Positions 1-11,843 of a DNA stretch of 64,000 nt are shown piece by piece. How positions within the stretch are numbered: position 1 is the stretch's first letter; each line of letters starts with the position of its first letter. The stretch covers positions 1,667-65,666 of the forward strand of contig JAHFSU010000004.1 in assembly GCA_023265595.1 (NCBI GenBank). The letters run 5' to 3'. Both the position numbers and the translations under genes were made by a program. The notes below the pieces were generated by a model that searched no databases, was not told where the DNA came from, and worked only from the letters and a program-made list of their open reading frames with translations. Origin of the DNA: Deltaproteobacteria bacterium. Its GTDB lineage: Bacteria > UBA10199 > SPLOWO2-01-44-7.

Positions 1-317
1 TGTCCCAGTTTGATGGCCAAACCCATATCCCCCTTCACTTTGAGTTTGCCTCCCAAAAAAGCCATTTGAGGATTCAGAGAGCCATTGGCCAACTTTACAA
101 AATCTTCTTCAGTCATCGTCACCTCCACTTTGGCCCCTTCTTGACTCCCCATCTTCACTTCGGCCGGCTCTTTGCTGCAATCCAAAACCCAATCACTGGT
201 GTTATTGCCGGTGATATGAAAAACGACGAGGGCGCCGATGGCTTTGGCTTTTGCCGGCTCTTTTTTCAACTTATTGGTAATCTTTTCTTCGAAAATCTCT
301 TTTGCCGTTTGATACAT
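1..317 (-). CDS. SCP2 sterol-carrier domain protein (3' end runs off the window)
   Basis: Not in the ORF track. Manual translation from ATG at 317 (AGGAGA RBS upstream) gives MYQTAKEIFEEK...EDFVKLANGSLNPQMAFLGGKLKVKGDMGLAIKLG, the SCP2 C-terminal signature. Confidence 0.85.
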   Translation of the reverse strand, partial: MYQTAKEIFEEKITNKLKKEPAKAKAIGALVVFHITGNNTSDWVLDCSKEPAEVKMGSQEGAKVEVTMTEEDFVKLANGSLNPQMAFLGGKLKVKGDMGLAIKLG

Positions 318-326
318 AAATGTCTC

Positions 327-578
327 CTAAATAAAAAAATGAACGGTCCATGGAACAAAAAAACCGGCCAATACAGCATGCGAAACGAGCTTCCTCCCCA
401 TGTCCGAAAAGGGGAATTTTCTAAACCACCAGAAATTGAGGGCCCATAAAACAACAAGCATCCCCATCGGATGCCAAGCAATACTTCCCATCACATTTCC
501 GGAAAGGAGCGCAATAATAGAGCGAGTCAGCCCACAGCCGGGACAGGCAAAGCCCAAAAATTGTTCGAAGGCGCACAA
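327..578 (-). CDS. DUF2752-like small membrane protein
   Basis: CPGCGLTRS motif followed by HP and hydrophobic helices; start uncertain. Confidence 0.75.
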   Translation of the reverse strand: MCAFEQFLGFACPGCGLTRSIIALLSGNVMGSIAWHPMGMLVVLWALNFWWFRKFPFSDMGRKLVSHAVLAGFFVPWTVHFFI

Positions 579-607
579 GTCTTCCCCTCTCTCCTACCCT
601 CTGTTGT

Positions 608-994
608 CTATATTCCCGCTCTCTGCGCCGCCATGTCACCCAAGATAGGCAGTTTCCAGCGCTCTCCCTGATACGACTTCACGAGACAGACCACCCAGAG
701 AACAACCACCCCCAACCACACAATGGGAATGACAAAACTTAAAATAAGGGCCCCCAAAAAATCGGCGAGATGCCCCAAAATGATTCCCAAAATATTCAAG
801 ACCACATTCAAAAGAATGATGGCAACTCCAAAAAGGGTCCCCTGCCACGCATGAAAACGGACATCTTTATTCTCCTTCTCGATGAGAAGAAAAATAATGC
901 TCGTAACCGGCGCACAAATATAACACAAAAGACTTGCGATATTCGGCGCTAAACCGCTCCCCTTTGATGCTCCCTGCTGACCTGCTCCTATCAT
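608..994 (-). CDS. DUF4870/Tic20-like membrane protein
   Basis: GLAPNIASLLCY...EKENKDVRFHAWQ...YQGERWKLPILG pattern; GGGGGAG RBS. Confidence 0.8.
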   Translation of the reverse strand: MIGAGQQGASKGSGLAPNIASLLCYICAPVTSIIFLLIEKENKDVRFHAWQGTLFGVAIILLNVVLNILGIILGHLADFLGALILSFVIPIVWLGVVVLWVVCLVKSYQGERWKLPILGDMAAQRAGI

Positions 995-1015
995 AACTCC
1001 CCCTTTCCTTTTAAT

Positions 1016-2788
1016 TTACAAACTGTGTTCTTTATACAAACCGTCCAAAACATTTTTATATTTCTCACAAACTTGCCTTCTTTTTATTTTCAGAGTCGGT
1101 GTCAACTCTCCCGTCTCTATCGAAAAGTTGCGGCTCAATATAACAAATTTCCGAATCGTTTCAAAGTGAGAAAGATGCCCGTTCATCTGGTCTATCTCTT
1201 TTTGAATGAGGGCCACAATTTGGGGATTTTGGGCCAAATCATCATGATTTTGATAATCGATTGCTTCTTCTCTCGCAAAATCCTCTACGGCATGCCAATT
1301 CAAAGTGACAAGACCCGACAAAAACTTTTTTCCCTCTCCATAGACCATGAACTGTTGGATATACCGGCTCTGTTGCATCAAATTTTCAATATTTTGCGGG
1401 GCCACCATTTTACCGCCTGATGTTTTAATGATATCCCGTTTTCGATCGGTGATTCTCAAAAAGCCATCTTTGGTAAACTCGCCGATATCTCCGGTCAAAA
1501 ACCATCCCTCTTTGTCAAAGGCCGCTTCGGTCTCCTCTTTTAAATGCCAATAACCCGAGAAGATAGTATCTCCTTTTGCGCAAATTTCGCCGTCGGGGGC
1601 CATTTTAATACGAACCCCTTCCAATGGCTTGCCGACCGTGCCAAACCGAAAATCATCAAGGCGGTTGAGCGTAATGGCCGCAAAGGTCTCGGTTAAACCG
1701 TAACCTTCGATGACCAAAATGCCGACCGCATTCAAAAACTGGGCAATCTCTTTTTGGAGCGGGGCTCCGCCGGAGATGAAACACTGTATCTTTCCCCCAA
1801 AGGCCTTTCGGATTTTGCGATAAACGAAGAGATTACCGACCGATTGCGCCAGACGTAGCCCAAAACCGACCGGCATTTTTTTCTGGGACAATTCCGTTGC
1901 ACGGAGTCCGACATCGAGGCTCCACGAAAAAAGTTTTTGGAGCATCGGCGAGACCCTGTTCGTCTTTGTCAAAATAGTTTCATGCATTTTCTCAAACAGA
2001 CGCGGAACCCCCGCCATGAAGGAGGGCCGGATTTCACGCATATCAACGGACAACATGTCGAGACTTTCGGCATAAGCCGACTGGCAACCCTGCGCCAATT
2101 GATAAAACTGCATCGCACGCGCAATCACATGGGCCAGCGGAAGACACATAAGGCCCACATCATCAAAACCAAATTTAAAAACGGCCTGCAGCGCGTTCAT
2201 TTCGGCCAAAATATTTCTATGGGTAATGATCGCCCCTTTTGGAGGGCCGGTGGTGCCGGAGGTATAGACAATGGTTGCGGTATGCGAAGGCTGAATCTGT
2301 TTCAAATTCTCATCATACAGATTGACCGGAAGACCTTTCCCTTTTTGCGGCAGATGCTCAAGCGGCAGTAAACCCTCTTGACTCCCATCCATCAGGATTA
2401 CCGCGCCACTGAAATTTTTGAGATGCGGGGCAACCCGATTCCATTTCGTCACATTTTCAACAATCAACAACCGAGTATCGGAATCGTTGATGATGTAGGC
2501 AATCTGATCGGCCGCCAAGGTTGCATAGACCGGAACGGTTATCGCCTGATTCGCAAGAATGGCCAAATCAAGAAGGGTCCATTCCAACCGCGTTTTTGAC
2601 AAGAGGGCCACTTTGTCCCCCAGCTTGATCCCCATTCCTGCCAAACCGAGCGCATAACGACGGACCTGTTCTTCGGCATCGACCCAGCTTACCTGTTGCC
2701 AACGACCGCCTGATTTAAAATGAAAACAGGGTTTGTTGCCAAATTTCAAGGCATTGCGGCGAAAAACGGTGAGAATCGATTCAGCCAT
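1016..2788 (-). CDS. long-chain-fatty-acid--CoA ligase (AMP-dependent synthetase)
   Basis: YTSGTTGPPKG, EGYGLTE, TGDIG, ITDRKRD and ELTPTLKIKR motifs. Confidence 0.93.
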   Translation of the reverse strand: MAESILTVFRRNALKFGNKPCFHFKSGGRWQQVSWVDAEEQVRRYALGLAGMGIKLGDKVALLSKTRLEWTLLDLAILANQAITVPVYATLAADQIAYIINDSDTRLLIVENVTKWNRVAPHLKNFSGAVILMDGSQEGLLPLEHLPQKGKGLPVNLYDENLKQIQPSHTATIVYTSGTTGPPKGAIITHRNILAEMNALQAVFKFGFDDVGLMCLPLAHVIARAMQFYQLAQGCQSAYAESLDMLSVDMREIRPSFMAGVPRLFEKMHETILTKTNRVSPMLQKLFSWSLDVGLRATELSQKKMPVGFGLRLAQSVGNLFVYRKIRKAFGGKIQCFISGGAPLQKEIAQFLNAVGILVIEGYGLTETFAAITLNRLDDFRFGTVGKPLEGVRIKMAPDGEICAKGDTIFSGYWHLKEETEAAFDKEGWFLTGDIGEFTKDGFLRITDRKRDIIKTSGGKMVAPQNIENLMQQSRYIQQFMVYGEGKKFLSGLVTLNWHAVEDFAREEAIDYQNHDDLAQNPQIVALIQKEIDQMNGHLSHFETIRKFVILSRNFSIETGELTPTLKIKRRQVCEKYKNVLDGLYKEHSL

Positions 2789-2832
2789 AAACTGTTGGAA
2801 TATATTGAGTTGAAAGAGAGATGTCTAGGATT

Positions 2833-2859
2833 ATCACGAGGTATCCGGTTCCTTGTGAT
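2833..2859. repeat. REP-like palindrome, family A (CACGAGGTATCCGGTTCCTYGTG)
   Basis: Imperfect palindrome right after a stop codon; related copies at 6343-6403, 18736-18758 and 40352-40403. Confidence 0.75.
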
Positions 2860-3965
2860 TACTGGGTGAGATTTCCTTTGAAGCGGACAAGGATCTGAAC
2901 GCCGCCAAAAAAATCATCAAAAATCGGATTCCCCGATGGATTTTGCGACAACGTTTTATCGATCATCAACGTAATTTTTCCGTCGGTCAGCGGTTCTTCC
3001 GTGGTCATCGATAATTTATCGATCGTAAAATCGACCACCGGCGCAATACCAAGGGCATCTTCCGGCCCGATTTCACCAATCACAACCTGAATGCGGAAAG
3101 CCAAATCCTGCATCTCAATCTGACTGCCGTCAAAAGTTCCCGATGCCTGAACCCCTTCCACCCCCCGAATAACAATCGAGACGGCGCCGATCGGTTGTCC
3201 TTCGAGCGGCTCACCCGGCCCGTTCCCTTTCAAGACAAAAACGATAGGCGGGAGATCCGTCATATCGAGTTTAATCCCGTCGGAAATGGAAAAACGGATC
3301 GGCCCGGCAAGGGGTGTTTGTTGCGGACCCGTTGTAAATATTTTCGGTATGTCGATTGAAAAATCCCCGGTGAAACAAGCGGTCTCTCCTCCCGGCTGAC
3401 AATCCGATGCGCCTGATTCCGGAAGAGAAATTTCACCGTTGGGGCCCGGCACGGCCTCCCCCACTAATTCAATTTGAGAAATTCCACTCTGCGGCGATTC
3501 ATAGACAGCGAGTAAAACCACACGATGAGTCGCTTCAGAATGATCGGGTGGCGGCGGTTCTTCCCCCGGTTTATAGGGATTAAAGCGGGGTTCCTCGCCG
3601 GTTACCCATCCCCCAAAACTGGCTTGTGTTGTATCCAAATTACGTGGTTTGTAGGTGATCTGGATGTTCAGAGAACTTCCCGGAGGGACAATAATATTTT
3701 TGGTCCCGACGGTACGGGTACCCACCATCACTTTGTCGATGCTAAAATGGACTCTGCCATCCGAGGAACCATCAAAACCGACACCTAAAAGTTTTTCGAC
3801 ATCCTGACTGTTGTTATTCCGCAACGAAATAGTTTTGGTTTGCGATTCGGTAATCGGTGTCTTGTCAAATTTTTCTTGTTGCCACGCGGTAAAGTTCGCC
3901 GGCTGGCATCCCCATTGGAACGATGCCAAAAAGAGAAAAATGGCTGGAGTAATGATCTTTTTCAT
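2859..3965 (-). CDS. hypothetical lipoprotein, possibly with an Ig-like domain
   Basis: Signal peptide with lipobox-like FQWGC; beta-rich segment VPPGSSLNIQITYKP. Confidence 0.7.
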   Translation of the reverse strand: MKKIITPAIFLFLASFQWGCQPANFTAWQQEKFDKTPITESQTKTISLRNNNSQDVEKLLGVGFDGSSDGRVHFSIDKVMVGTRTVGTKNIIVPPGSSLNIQITYKPRNLDTTQASFGGWVTGEEPRFNPYKPGEEPPPPDHSEATHRVVLLAVYESPQSGISQIELVGEAVPGPNGEISLPESGASDCQPGGETACFTGDFSIDIPKIFTTGPQQTPLAGPIRFSISDGIKLDMTDLPPIVFVLKGNGPGEPLEGQPIGAVSIVIRGVEGVQASGTFDGSQIEMQDLAFRIQVVIGEIGPEDALGIAPVVDFTIDKLSMTTEEPLTDGKITLMIDKTLSQNPSGNPIFDDFFGGVQILVRFKGNLTQ

Positions 3966-3976
3966 GGCCGAAATAC

Positions 3977-4003
3977 TCTTCGGCCAAACTGCAAAAAAGT
4001 TGT
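3977..4003 (-). promoter_or_regulatory. sigma-28-like promoter motif copy (ACAAC-N14-GCCGAAGA)
   Basis: 11 nt upstream of the ATG at 3965; one of seven spaced copies. Confidence 0.55.
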
Positions 4004-4035
4004 GTGGTCAAGACGCGGCGAGATGACGAGGTGCG

Positions 4036-4845
4036 TTAACGACCGGCTTTGAAGCCGATCCAGTCCTCAAACGCATCGTAAAAAGTAAAGCCGACGCGAG
4101 GATTTGAGCCATATCTTAAAATGGGGCTCTGCACCAGATCTAACATAAATTTCTGGTCCCACGTTCCGTAGAGGCCGTTGCTGGCGCAAACTCTCCCTGC
4201 AAACCGTCTATAAATACCGTAACCTGTGCAGGCGCTCAATTGATTATAGAGGTTGGCCACTTCGGCATCATTCCAATTCATGGAATAAGAACAATAAAGA
4301 TAGTGAGCACTCTGAACCGGAAGTGCTTTCATATTGATTTCAGCAACATTTCCATCGGAGCAGGTCAGTTGATAAACAAAATGAACCTCTTGGGGGCATG
4401 GATCGAGTACCGCCCCTTTGGTTAACGTGAATGAAAAAACAAAATTTTTCATCTGTTCCACACTATCATTCAAATGCAATTTTCCATCACCCACTTTTTC
4501 CGGAAGATCCGGATCGATTTTTCTCCCCCCTGTGCTGAGATAATATCGGTTGTTCCCATCCAATATTTCAATCTCAAGAAAAGAACTCATCGACATAATC
4601 GGACTGCCGCGTCGAAAGGGACAAAATTCTTCGACTCGATCATTCCAATAATCTTGTGCCACATCAGGGGATAATGGCGGACGCTGTTGGCGTGGTAAAG
4701 AATTTGCTCCCGATGGCAATGAAGAGGCGGGTAACGATTGTGGCTGGCCGGAGCTACTACGAGAGGGGTTGGAACCGGTACCTCCCTTTAAAGAAAAGCC
4801 GACCACTAAGATCAAAACTGTCACGACATATAATATTTTCTTCAT
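4036..4845 (-). CDS. hypothetical exported or membrane-anchored protein
   Basis: AGGAGGAG RBS before MKKILYVVTVLILVVGF; Ser/Pro linker followed by a Cys-containing domain. Confidence 0.7.
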   Translation of the reverse strand: MKKILYVVTVLILVVGFSLKGGTGSNPSRSSSGQPQSLPASSLPSGANSLPRQQRPPLSPDVAQDYWNDRVEEFCPFRRGSPIMSMSSFLEIEILDGNNRYYLSTGGRKIDPDLPEKVGDGKLHLNDSVEQMKNFVFSFTLTKGAVLDPCPQEVHFVYQLTCSDGNVAEINMKALPVQSAHYLYCSYSMNWNDAEVANLYNQLSACTGYGIYRRFAGRVCASNGLYGTWDQKFMLDLVQSPILRYGSNPRVGFTFYDAFEDWIGFKAGR

Positions 4846-5010
4846 ATCTCCTCCTTCTTGCCCTGAAACCTGCAAGCCAAAGGCCAAAAAAAAACCAGAC
4901 GGAGTAAAATAAAATATTTATATTTTCCATATAGTTAAGAAAATGATTCGAAAAAATTTTATCAAAATGAAAAAAGGAGTTAGGATGGCGTCAGAATAAT
5001 GACATGGGTA

Positions 5011-5607
5011 TCACGCTTCCAATTCGGCATTCCAATAACTGAAATCGACGATATTGAGATACGGTTTCCATGCGGCGTAAATATTGGGTCTGGCCAAGAG
5101 AAGGGAAAAAGGAAAAGCACTGGGGCGGTAAGGCGGCTTGATCAATTTCAATCCGGCCTCGTGCGGCGTCCTTCCCCCTTTATGACAATTACAATGATGG
5201 CAACTGGCCACCACATTATCCCATGTCGTCTTTCCCCCGTGTGAGCGAGGGATCACATGATCCAAATTGAGCTGGCCTCTCGCCAATTTCTTTCCGCAAT
5301 ATTGGCAGGTGTAATTATCTCGAATTAAAATATTCAAGCGTGAAAAGCGGATCTCTCGTTTGGGAAGGCGATCGTAGGCAGTCAGCAAAATAACTCGCGG
5401 CACCACAACCAGCTTGTCGACCAAACCGACGGTATCATCATGAACGGCGGCCGATAATTCGGCCCAACTCTCAAAATCAAAAGTCCGATATTGATGGTCA
5501 ACCGCCTTGGCGATACCTCGATACAAAAGACAAAAGGCACGTTTTACAGATGTGACATGGACCGGAAAATAAGATCGATTTAAAACTAACACTGCGGTAT
5601 GCAGCAT
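5011..5607 (-). CDS. HNH endonuclease
   Basis: VLVLNRSY start; RDNYTCQYCG...LDHVIPRSHGG...WDNVVASCHHCNCHKG. Confidence 0.92.
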   Translation of the reverse strand: MLHTAVLVLNRSYFPVHVTSVKRAFCLLYRGIAKAVDHQYRTFDFESWAELSAAVHDDTVGLVDKLVVVPRVILLTAYDRLPKREIRFSRLNILIRDNYTCQYCGKKLARGQLNLDHVIPRSHGGKTTWDNVVASCHHCNCHKGGRTPHEAGLKLIKPPYRPSAFPFSLLLARPNIYAAWKPYLNIVDFSYWNAELEA

Positions 5608-5627
5608 ATGGGAATAGTATAACAATA

Positions 5628-6284
5628 TTACTGCATTTCGCCAAGGATTTCGCTGATGATCACCTCTTTGCCGAAAATCGCATTTTCGGCGACAAGACGG
5701 GCTGCCTTGTCAGGATTTTTACTCCGAAAAGCCTCAATAATTTCACGATGCTGCGCAATGGATCCTTCGCTTTTACCGGCGATCGTCAACAAAATGCGAA
5801 ATCTCTGAAATTTGCTCGCAAGCATCTGCAGCAAATGATGCAATTGTTCGTTGCCGCCAGCCCGGATGAAGACCTCATGAAATTCGTTGTGGAGATTAAA
5901 AACCTTTTTGTAATCTTTTTCACGATGAAATGTCTCCATCTGATTATTCAGAAACTCCATCCGATCTATCTCCTTTTCAGTCAATCGGGACGTGGCCAAG
6001 CGGGCGGCGTAACTTTCCAATTCGGCCTTGATTTCATAAAACTCCCGGACATCTTTTTCGGATAACGGCGCCACCCGTGCGCCACGACGAGGGAGAACCT
6101 GCAAAAAGCCTTCCGAATCGAGCTGGCGAAAGGCCTCGCGGACCGGTGTGCGGGAAATACCGAACTGGCTGGCCAATGCCGGTTCCGAAATTTTGACACC
6201 CGGCTTCAACTGGCCTTGCATAATTGAATCTCTCAACGCATCCGCAATGGATTCCCGTAACGTCCTATTTTTATTGAGTTTCAT
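5628..6284 (-). CDS. GntR/FadR-family transcriptional regulator (FCD domain)
   Basis: LKPGVKISEPALASQFGISRTPVREAF helix-turn-helix; NEFHEVF...GNEQL...QHREII. Confidence 0.92.
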   Translation of the reverse strand: MKLNKNRTLRESIADALRDSIMQGQLKPGVKISEPALASQFGISRTPVREAFRQLDSEGFLQVLPRRGARVAPLSEKDVREFYEIKAELESYAARLATSRLTEKEIDRMEFLNNQMETFHREKDYKKVFNLHNEFHEVFIRAGGNEQLHHLLQMLASKFQRFRILLTIAGKSEGSIAQHREIIEAFRSKNPDKAARLVAENAIFGKEVIISEILGEMQ

Positions 6285-6296
6285 TGATAGCTGCAT

Positions 6297-6317
6297 CTGT
6301 ATACAGTTTTTATACAG
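6297..6317. promoter_or_regulatory. putative autoregulatory GntR operator
   Basis: Palindrome CTGTATACAG plus a degenerate second copy TTTATACAG just upstream of the gntR start. Confidence 0.5.
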
Positions 6318-6360
6318 AGGATAAAAACCTGTCAAGCACTCACACGAGGAACCAGATACC

Positions 6361-8081
<1,721 letters not shown>

Positions 8082-8112
8082 TTACCGCCTATATCTTTTT
8101 TCCCCTTTTCAA

Positions 8113-8139
8113 GCAACTTCTTTTGAGGTTTGCCGAAGA
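8113..8139 (+). promoter_or_regulatory. sigma-28-like promoter motif copy (GCAAC-N14-GCCGAAGA)
   Basis: 9 nt upstream of the ATG at 8149. Confidence 0.6.
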
Positions 8140-8148
8140 GGAGAATGG

Positions 8149-9300
8149 ATGACAGAGACTCTAGGAATCATTGGCAGTTCCATGCTGTTTCACGGGCTTT
8201 TTCCCATTATTTGGAAAGCGCTCCCGGACCAGCTTGTTATTTCTAAAAACGAAATTATAGATGCCGGAACCGTTGCGAAAGAAATAGGCCGCCATCTCCA
8301 CACCTCTCTTCTTCGGGACCATTGGATCGATTTTTCTTCCTGTCTTCTGAAACAACCTCAAGATCGACAAAAATCGGAACTCGACTCTTTGACGCGGCTG
8401 GCGCACCTGTTTAATGAGACGCCGCAGGATGAATTATCCGAGGCGGTCGAAAGGACAGCAAAACATTTTCAGAAATCGGGTATTTTATTTCTTAATGCCC
8501 CGGCGTTGGCCCGCGAGATCCATCGTCTGACCCTCTCTTTTCAGGGACAAACGCCGCCGCCGCCGACAACGCCAAATCCATGTATTGCAAAAGCGGTGGG
8601 TGTATTGATGCGCGCCACCGATGCAGCGCAAACAAAAGAGGAAAAAGAGGCCCTCAATTGGTGGATGGAATACCCACTCCGTGGAAAAACAGGCATGGAG
8701 GCCATTAGAGAGGCAAAGGCGGATTCTGGAAAAGCGACAAAACTCCGTCCGCTTCTTGAAAAATTCCCCGGCATTTTTGAGGTCGAAGAACTGGAATCTA
8801 TCTTGAATACGGCCTCATCCCAAGGAGATATCATGCAGGGTTTGGCTCATTTGATGATCGACCGGTGGGATTTTTTTGAAGCAAGACACCTTGACCGGAT
8901 CTTCATCCTCGCGGGACAACATCCCGGCATTGCCATCGCTTTGGCTTATCTTGCGTATCGAAGAGCCGAAATTTTTTCAGCATCGCATGTGCCGGCGCTC
9001 TTAAAAAAAACGGGGTTCGCATCGGTCCATCTCACCTTTCGATGGCCGCTTCAATGCATCCAATTTCCAAATATCTTGCACAAAATAATCAATCGAAGCG
9101 CTGTTTTTCGCGCCGTCGATTTGTTCAGACAACCGGCTTTCGGCATTGGATGGACTCTGTATGTGCTGGCGGAACGGCGCTCTGGAATTTTCGAAAAGAA
9201 TATGATTTGCCAACTCCACACAACCGGCAATCACAATGCACTGGTCCGATATGCTGTTGATGTGCTCCTCAAGAGCAACCCCTCATTGGCAAAGGCATAG
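8149..9300 (+). CDS. hypothetical alpha-helical protein
   Basis: Fills the gap between eno and miaA; start MTETLG is preceded by GAGGAG and the motif; no family recognised. Confidence 0.7.
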   Translation: MTETLGIIGSSMLFHGLFPIIWKALPDQLVISKNEIIDAGTVAKEIGRHLHTSLLRDHWIDFSSCLLKQPQDRQKSELDSLTRLAHLFNETPQDELSEAVERTAKHFQKSGILFLNAPALAREIHRLTLSFQGQTPPPPTTPNPCIAKAVGVLMRATDAAQTKEEKEALNWWMEYPLRGKTGMEAIREAKADSGKATKLRPLLEKFPGIFEVEELESILNTASSQGDIMQGLAHLMIDRWDFFEARHLDRIFILAGQHPGIAIALAYLAYRRAEIFSASHVPALLKKTGFASVHLTFRWPLQCIQFPNILHKIINRSAVFRAVDLFRQPAFGIGWTLYVLAERRSGIFEKNMICQLHTTGNHNALVRYAVDVLLKSNPSLAKA

Positions 9301-10215
9301 AAAGTGATCGACGGCAGAAACAGCAGCATCAAAAATATTTTTTAAACTCTCTTCCCCCCGGACCCAAAAAATGGACGGATCGGACCGAAACCATGTCCCC
9401 TGTCGTTTGGCAAATGCTTTTGTCTGTTTTTTGATTTCGGCCGTTGCCTCTGAAAGAGAGAGTTCTCCTTTCAAATGCGTTGCAATTGTTTTGTATCCCA
9501 ATGTTCTAAAGGCCTGCGAACCGGTCGAATAAAATTTCAACAATTCACGGACCTCTTCGACCCAGCCGTTGTAAAGCATCCAGTCGGTCCTTTTTTCGAT
9601 CCGCTCGTGCAAAACTTTTTTGTCGCAGCAAAGGCCGATTTGGAGCACCTCATAACGCGGATTTTGGAATTGATGTTTTTCCTGAAAAGTGGAAAGCGGA
9701 ATTCCCGTTATTTCATAAACTTCAAGGCCGCGGACGATGCGCGTGGTATCTTTAGGATTCAGTTTTTTGGCCAATGGGGGATCTCGGTTTTGAAGTTCTT
9801 CATGGAGTCTGTTTAAACCCTCGGTCTGAATTCGGGCTTCCAGTTCTTTTCTGATCTGCAGATCTTGAGGCGGCGCTTCACATAATCCGCGGAACAAAAC
9901 ACGAAGATACATGCCGGTGCCGCCGACGACGAACGGCACTTTGCCTCGACCAATGATGTCATCAATGGCTTTGTCCGCCAGAGCACAATATTGAGAGACA
10001 TCAAAATGTTCGCCCGGAGTGACGACATCAATCAGATGATGGGGAACACGCCGTCGCTCTTCAAAAGTCGGCTTCGCCGTCCCCAAATCGAGTTCACGCC
10101 AGACCTGCCCCGAATCGGCTGAAATAATTTCGCCATTATATTTTTGGGCCAACTCGATCGCCAGCTTTGTCTTGCCGCTGGCCGTCGGGCCACAAATGAC
10201 AACAATTTTTTTCAT
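9283..10215 (-). CDS. miaA: tRNA dimethylallyltransferase
   Basis: GPTASGKT, ADSGQVW, GTAKPT, VGGTGMY, AKRQGTWFR. Confidence 0.97.
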   Translation of the reverse strand: MKKIVVICGPTASGKTKLAIELAQKYNGEIISADSGQVWRELDLGTAKPTFEERRRVPHHLIDVVTPGEHFDVSQYCALADKAIDDIIGRGKVPFVVGGTGMYLRVLFRGLCEAPPQDLQIRKELEARIQTEGLNRLHEELQNRDPPLAKKLNPKDTTRIVRGLEVYEITGIPLSTFQEKHQFQNPRYEVLQIGLCCDKKVLHERIEKRTDWMLYNGWVEEVRELLKFYSTGSQAFRTLGYKTIATHLKGELSLSEATAEIKKQTKAFAKRQGTWFRSDPSIFWVRGEESLKNIFDAAVSAVDHFLCLCQ

Positions 10216-10265
10216 CGGAATTGCACTTGTCTAAAGTTTTTATTTATTTCATACATACAAGCGTA

Positions 10266-10544
10266 ATGAAAAAAACGCTTCAAAAAACCACCGAATGGTT
10301 CAGAAAGACCACGCCGCCTGAAATAGTACAAGAAGTTTGTTCAAGCCGCGATATTTTTCAGGGACGGCTGGATCATATGCTGAGGAAACTAAGTCAAAAA
10401 ACAAAAAAGGAGACAGAATCTGCTTTATTTACCGCCGTCATTGGAGAACTCGGCAATAACTGTTTTGATCATAATCTAGGCCAATGGAAAGATATTTCCG
10501 GTTGTCAGTTTCAATATGGATGCGATGCCGAAAATATATGGTAA
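10266..10544 (+). pseudogene. truncated HATPase-like (anti-sigma kinase-like) protein
   Basis: N-box-like GELGNNCFDH is present, but the ORF stops before any DxGxG box; it lies upstream of a STAS-like gene. Confidence 0.55.
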
Positions 10545-10565
10545 AGAGACTTTTGCTTTTGTATT

Positions 10566-10679
10566 ATGGGAGCGTTGAAAAATGTCACTCCTGCGAAAGC
10601 AGGAGTCCAGAAGTCATTGAAATTACTGGATCCCCGCTTTCGCGGGGATGACAAAAAAACCATTTTTCAACACTCCCAT
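10566..10679. mobile_element. MITE-like element carrying two family-B REP hairpins
   Basis: 19-bp terminal inverted repeats ATGGGAGYGTTGAAAAATG (one mismatch) flanked by TATT on both sides; internal GTCACTCCTGCGAAAGCAGGAGTCCAG and CTGGATCCCCGCTTTCGCGGGGATGAC. Confidence 0.75.
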
Positions 10680-10695
10680 TATTCCGATATTAGAA

Positions 10696-10959
10696 ATGAA
10701 AATAGAACTTAAAAAATTTGGAGACCTCTTGGTATCAAGGCCCGCAGGCAGGGAGGCCTTTTTGACTATAAAATCCTATTTCAAACCCTCTTCTCCTTCG
10801 GAGAACATCGAACTCGATTTCACGGGAGTAAAAGTCATGACCCCTTCTTGGTTGGGAGAAGTATTGGATGGGTTAAAAGAAGAGTTCGGCGAACGAGTCC
10901 GCTGTCTCCCCTCCGAAAATCCTACGGTAGTGGAATCGTTAAAAGCGCTGGAAGAATAA
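10696..10959 (+). CDS. STAS-like DUF4325 domain protein
   Basis: LVSRPAGREAF...LDFTGVKVMTPSWLGE. Confidence 0.8.
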   Translation: MKIELKKFGDLLVSRPAGREAFLTIKSYFKPSSPSENIELDFTGVKVMTPSWLGEVLDGLKEEFGERVRCLPSENPTVVESLKALEE

Positions 10960-10964
10960 AAAAA

Positions 10965-11810
10965 TTATTGGTGTGTGTTGGTCAAGGCTGGCATGTTAGC
11001 GACTTGGCCATCCCATGCGGGGGGTAGATTCTCATTGCCTAAAACGCGGCCAGACCAGATGTTGCGCTCTACCAAAACTTCAAAATAATCCCCTTCTCTA
11101 TCCACGCCCAAAAGGACACGGGTCCCTTGATAACCCCCCAACCCTCTCACCGACTGTGTCTCTTTGTCGATCAATCCGTCAACGGTTTCATTAAAACTCC
11201 AATCAGAAATAAAATAGTCTCCGATTCTGACAATCCTGTCTCCCGGAACAATGCCCACTGCGGCGGCGCCCCCATAAGGATGCACGCCAGTGACTTGAAG
11301 ATGCGGCCACCATGGATCGAGAGAAGGGAAAGGAGCCAAATTAATTCCGGTAACAAACGGTTCTTCCAATGTTCCATTTAAGATGCCAACGGCCCTCAAA
11401 CCCATTTCAATAATGGAGGCTTTGGTTGTCTTAAAAATGTCGGAATCCCCTGTCCATGGAGAAAAAAAATGGAGTCTGTCTAATAGTTCCGTTTCAACTT
11501 TTTTAGCCTCGTCCAAAAGAGAAATCTTTTTTTGCTCATCTCCGGGTCTCTGTTGCGCAATGATCGCCCGAAACAACCAACGCGCTTCAAGTACCCAAAA
11601 TCCCATTTTCACTTGTCGGCAGGCTCGTTCGAGACTTCTTTCATTTTGATCAATTGGGGGGAAGTCTTCAGGCCGATACAAAATGGCCTTCATATCCTCA
11701 ACACCGATCGCTCCATCCCCTTCAATATCATAACCGCGGGCCCACGGTTTGTTGGTGAGGTCAAGACATTGATAGCCGGCAAAGTAAGGATTGACTGATG
11801 GTTTAGACAT
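10965..11810 (-). CDS. PDZ-domain protein
   Basis: GINL...VTGVHPYGGAAAVGIVPGDRIVRIGD...GYQGTRVLLGVDREG. Confidence 0.8.
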   Translation of the reverse strand: MSKPSVNPYFAGYQCLDLTNKPWARGYDIEGDGAIGVEDMKAILYRPEDFPPIDQNERSLERACRQVKMGFWVLEARWLFRAIIAQQRPGDEQKKISLLDEAKKVETELLDRLHFFSPWTGDSDIFKTTKASIIEMGLRAVGILNGTLEEPFVTGINLAPFPSLDPWWPHLQVTGVHPYGGAAAVGIVPGDRIVRIGDYFISDWSFNETVDGLIDKETQSVRGLGGYQGTRVLLGVDREGDYFEVLVERNIWSGRVLGNENLPPAWDGQVANMPALTNTHQ

Positions 11811-11843
11811 ATTTTCCGGGAGTAATACAGGCAGGAGGGTCTG

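Noticed and set aside
5011..5607. HNH gene as a homing or mobile element
   Set aside because: It is a common standalone HNH family with no intron or repeat context.
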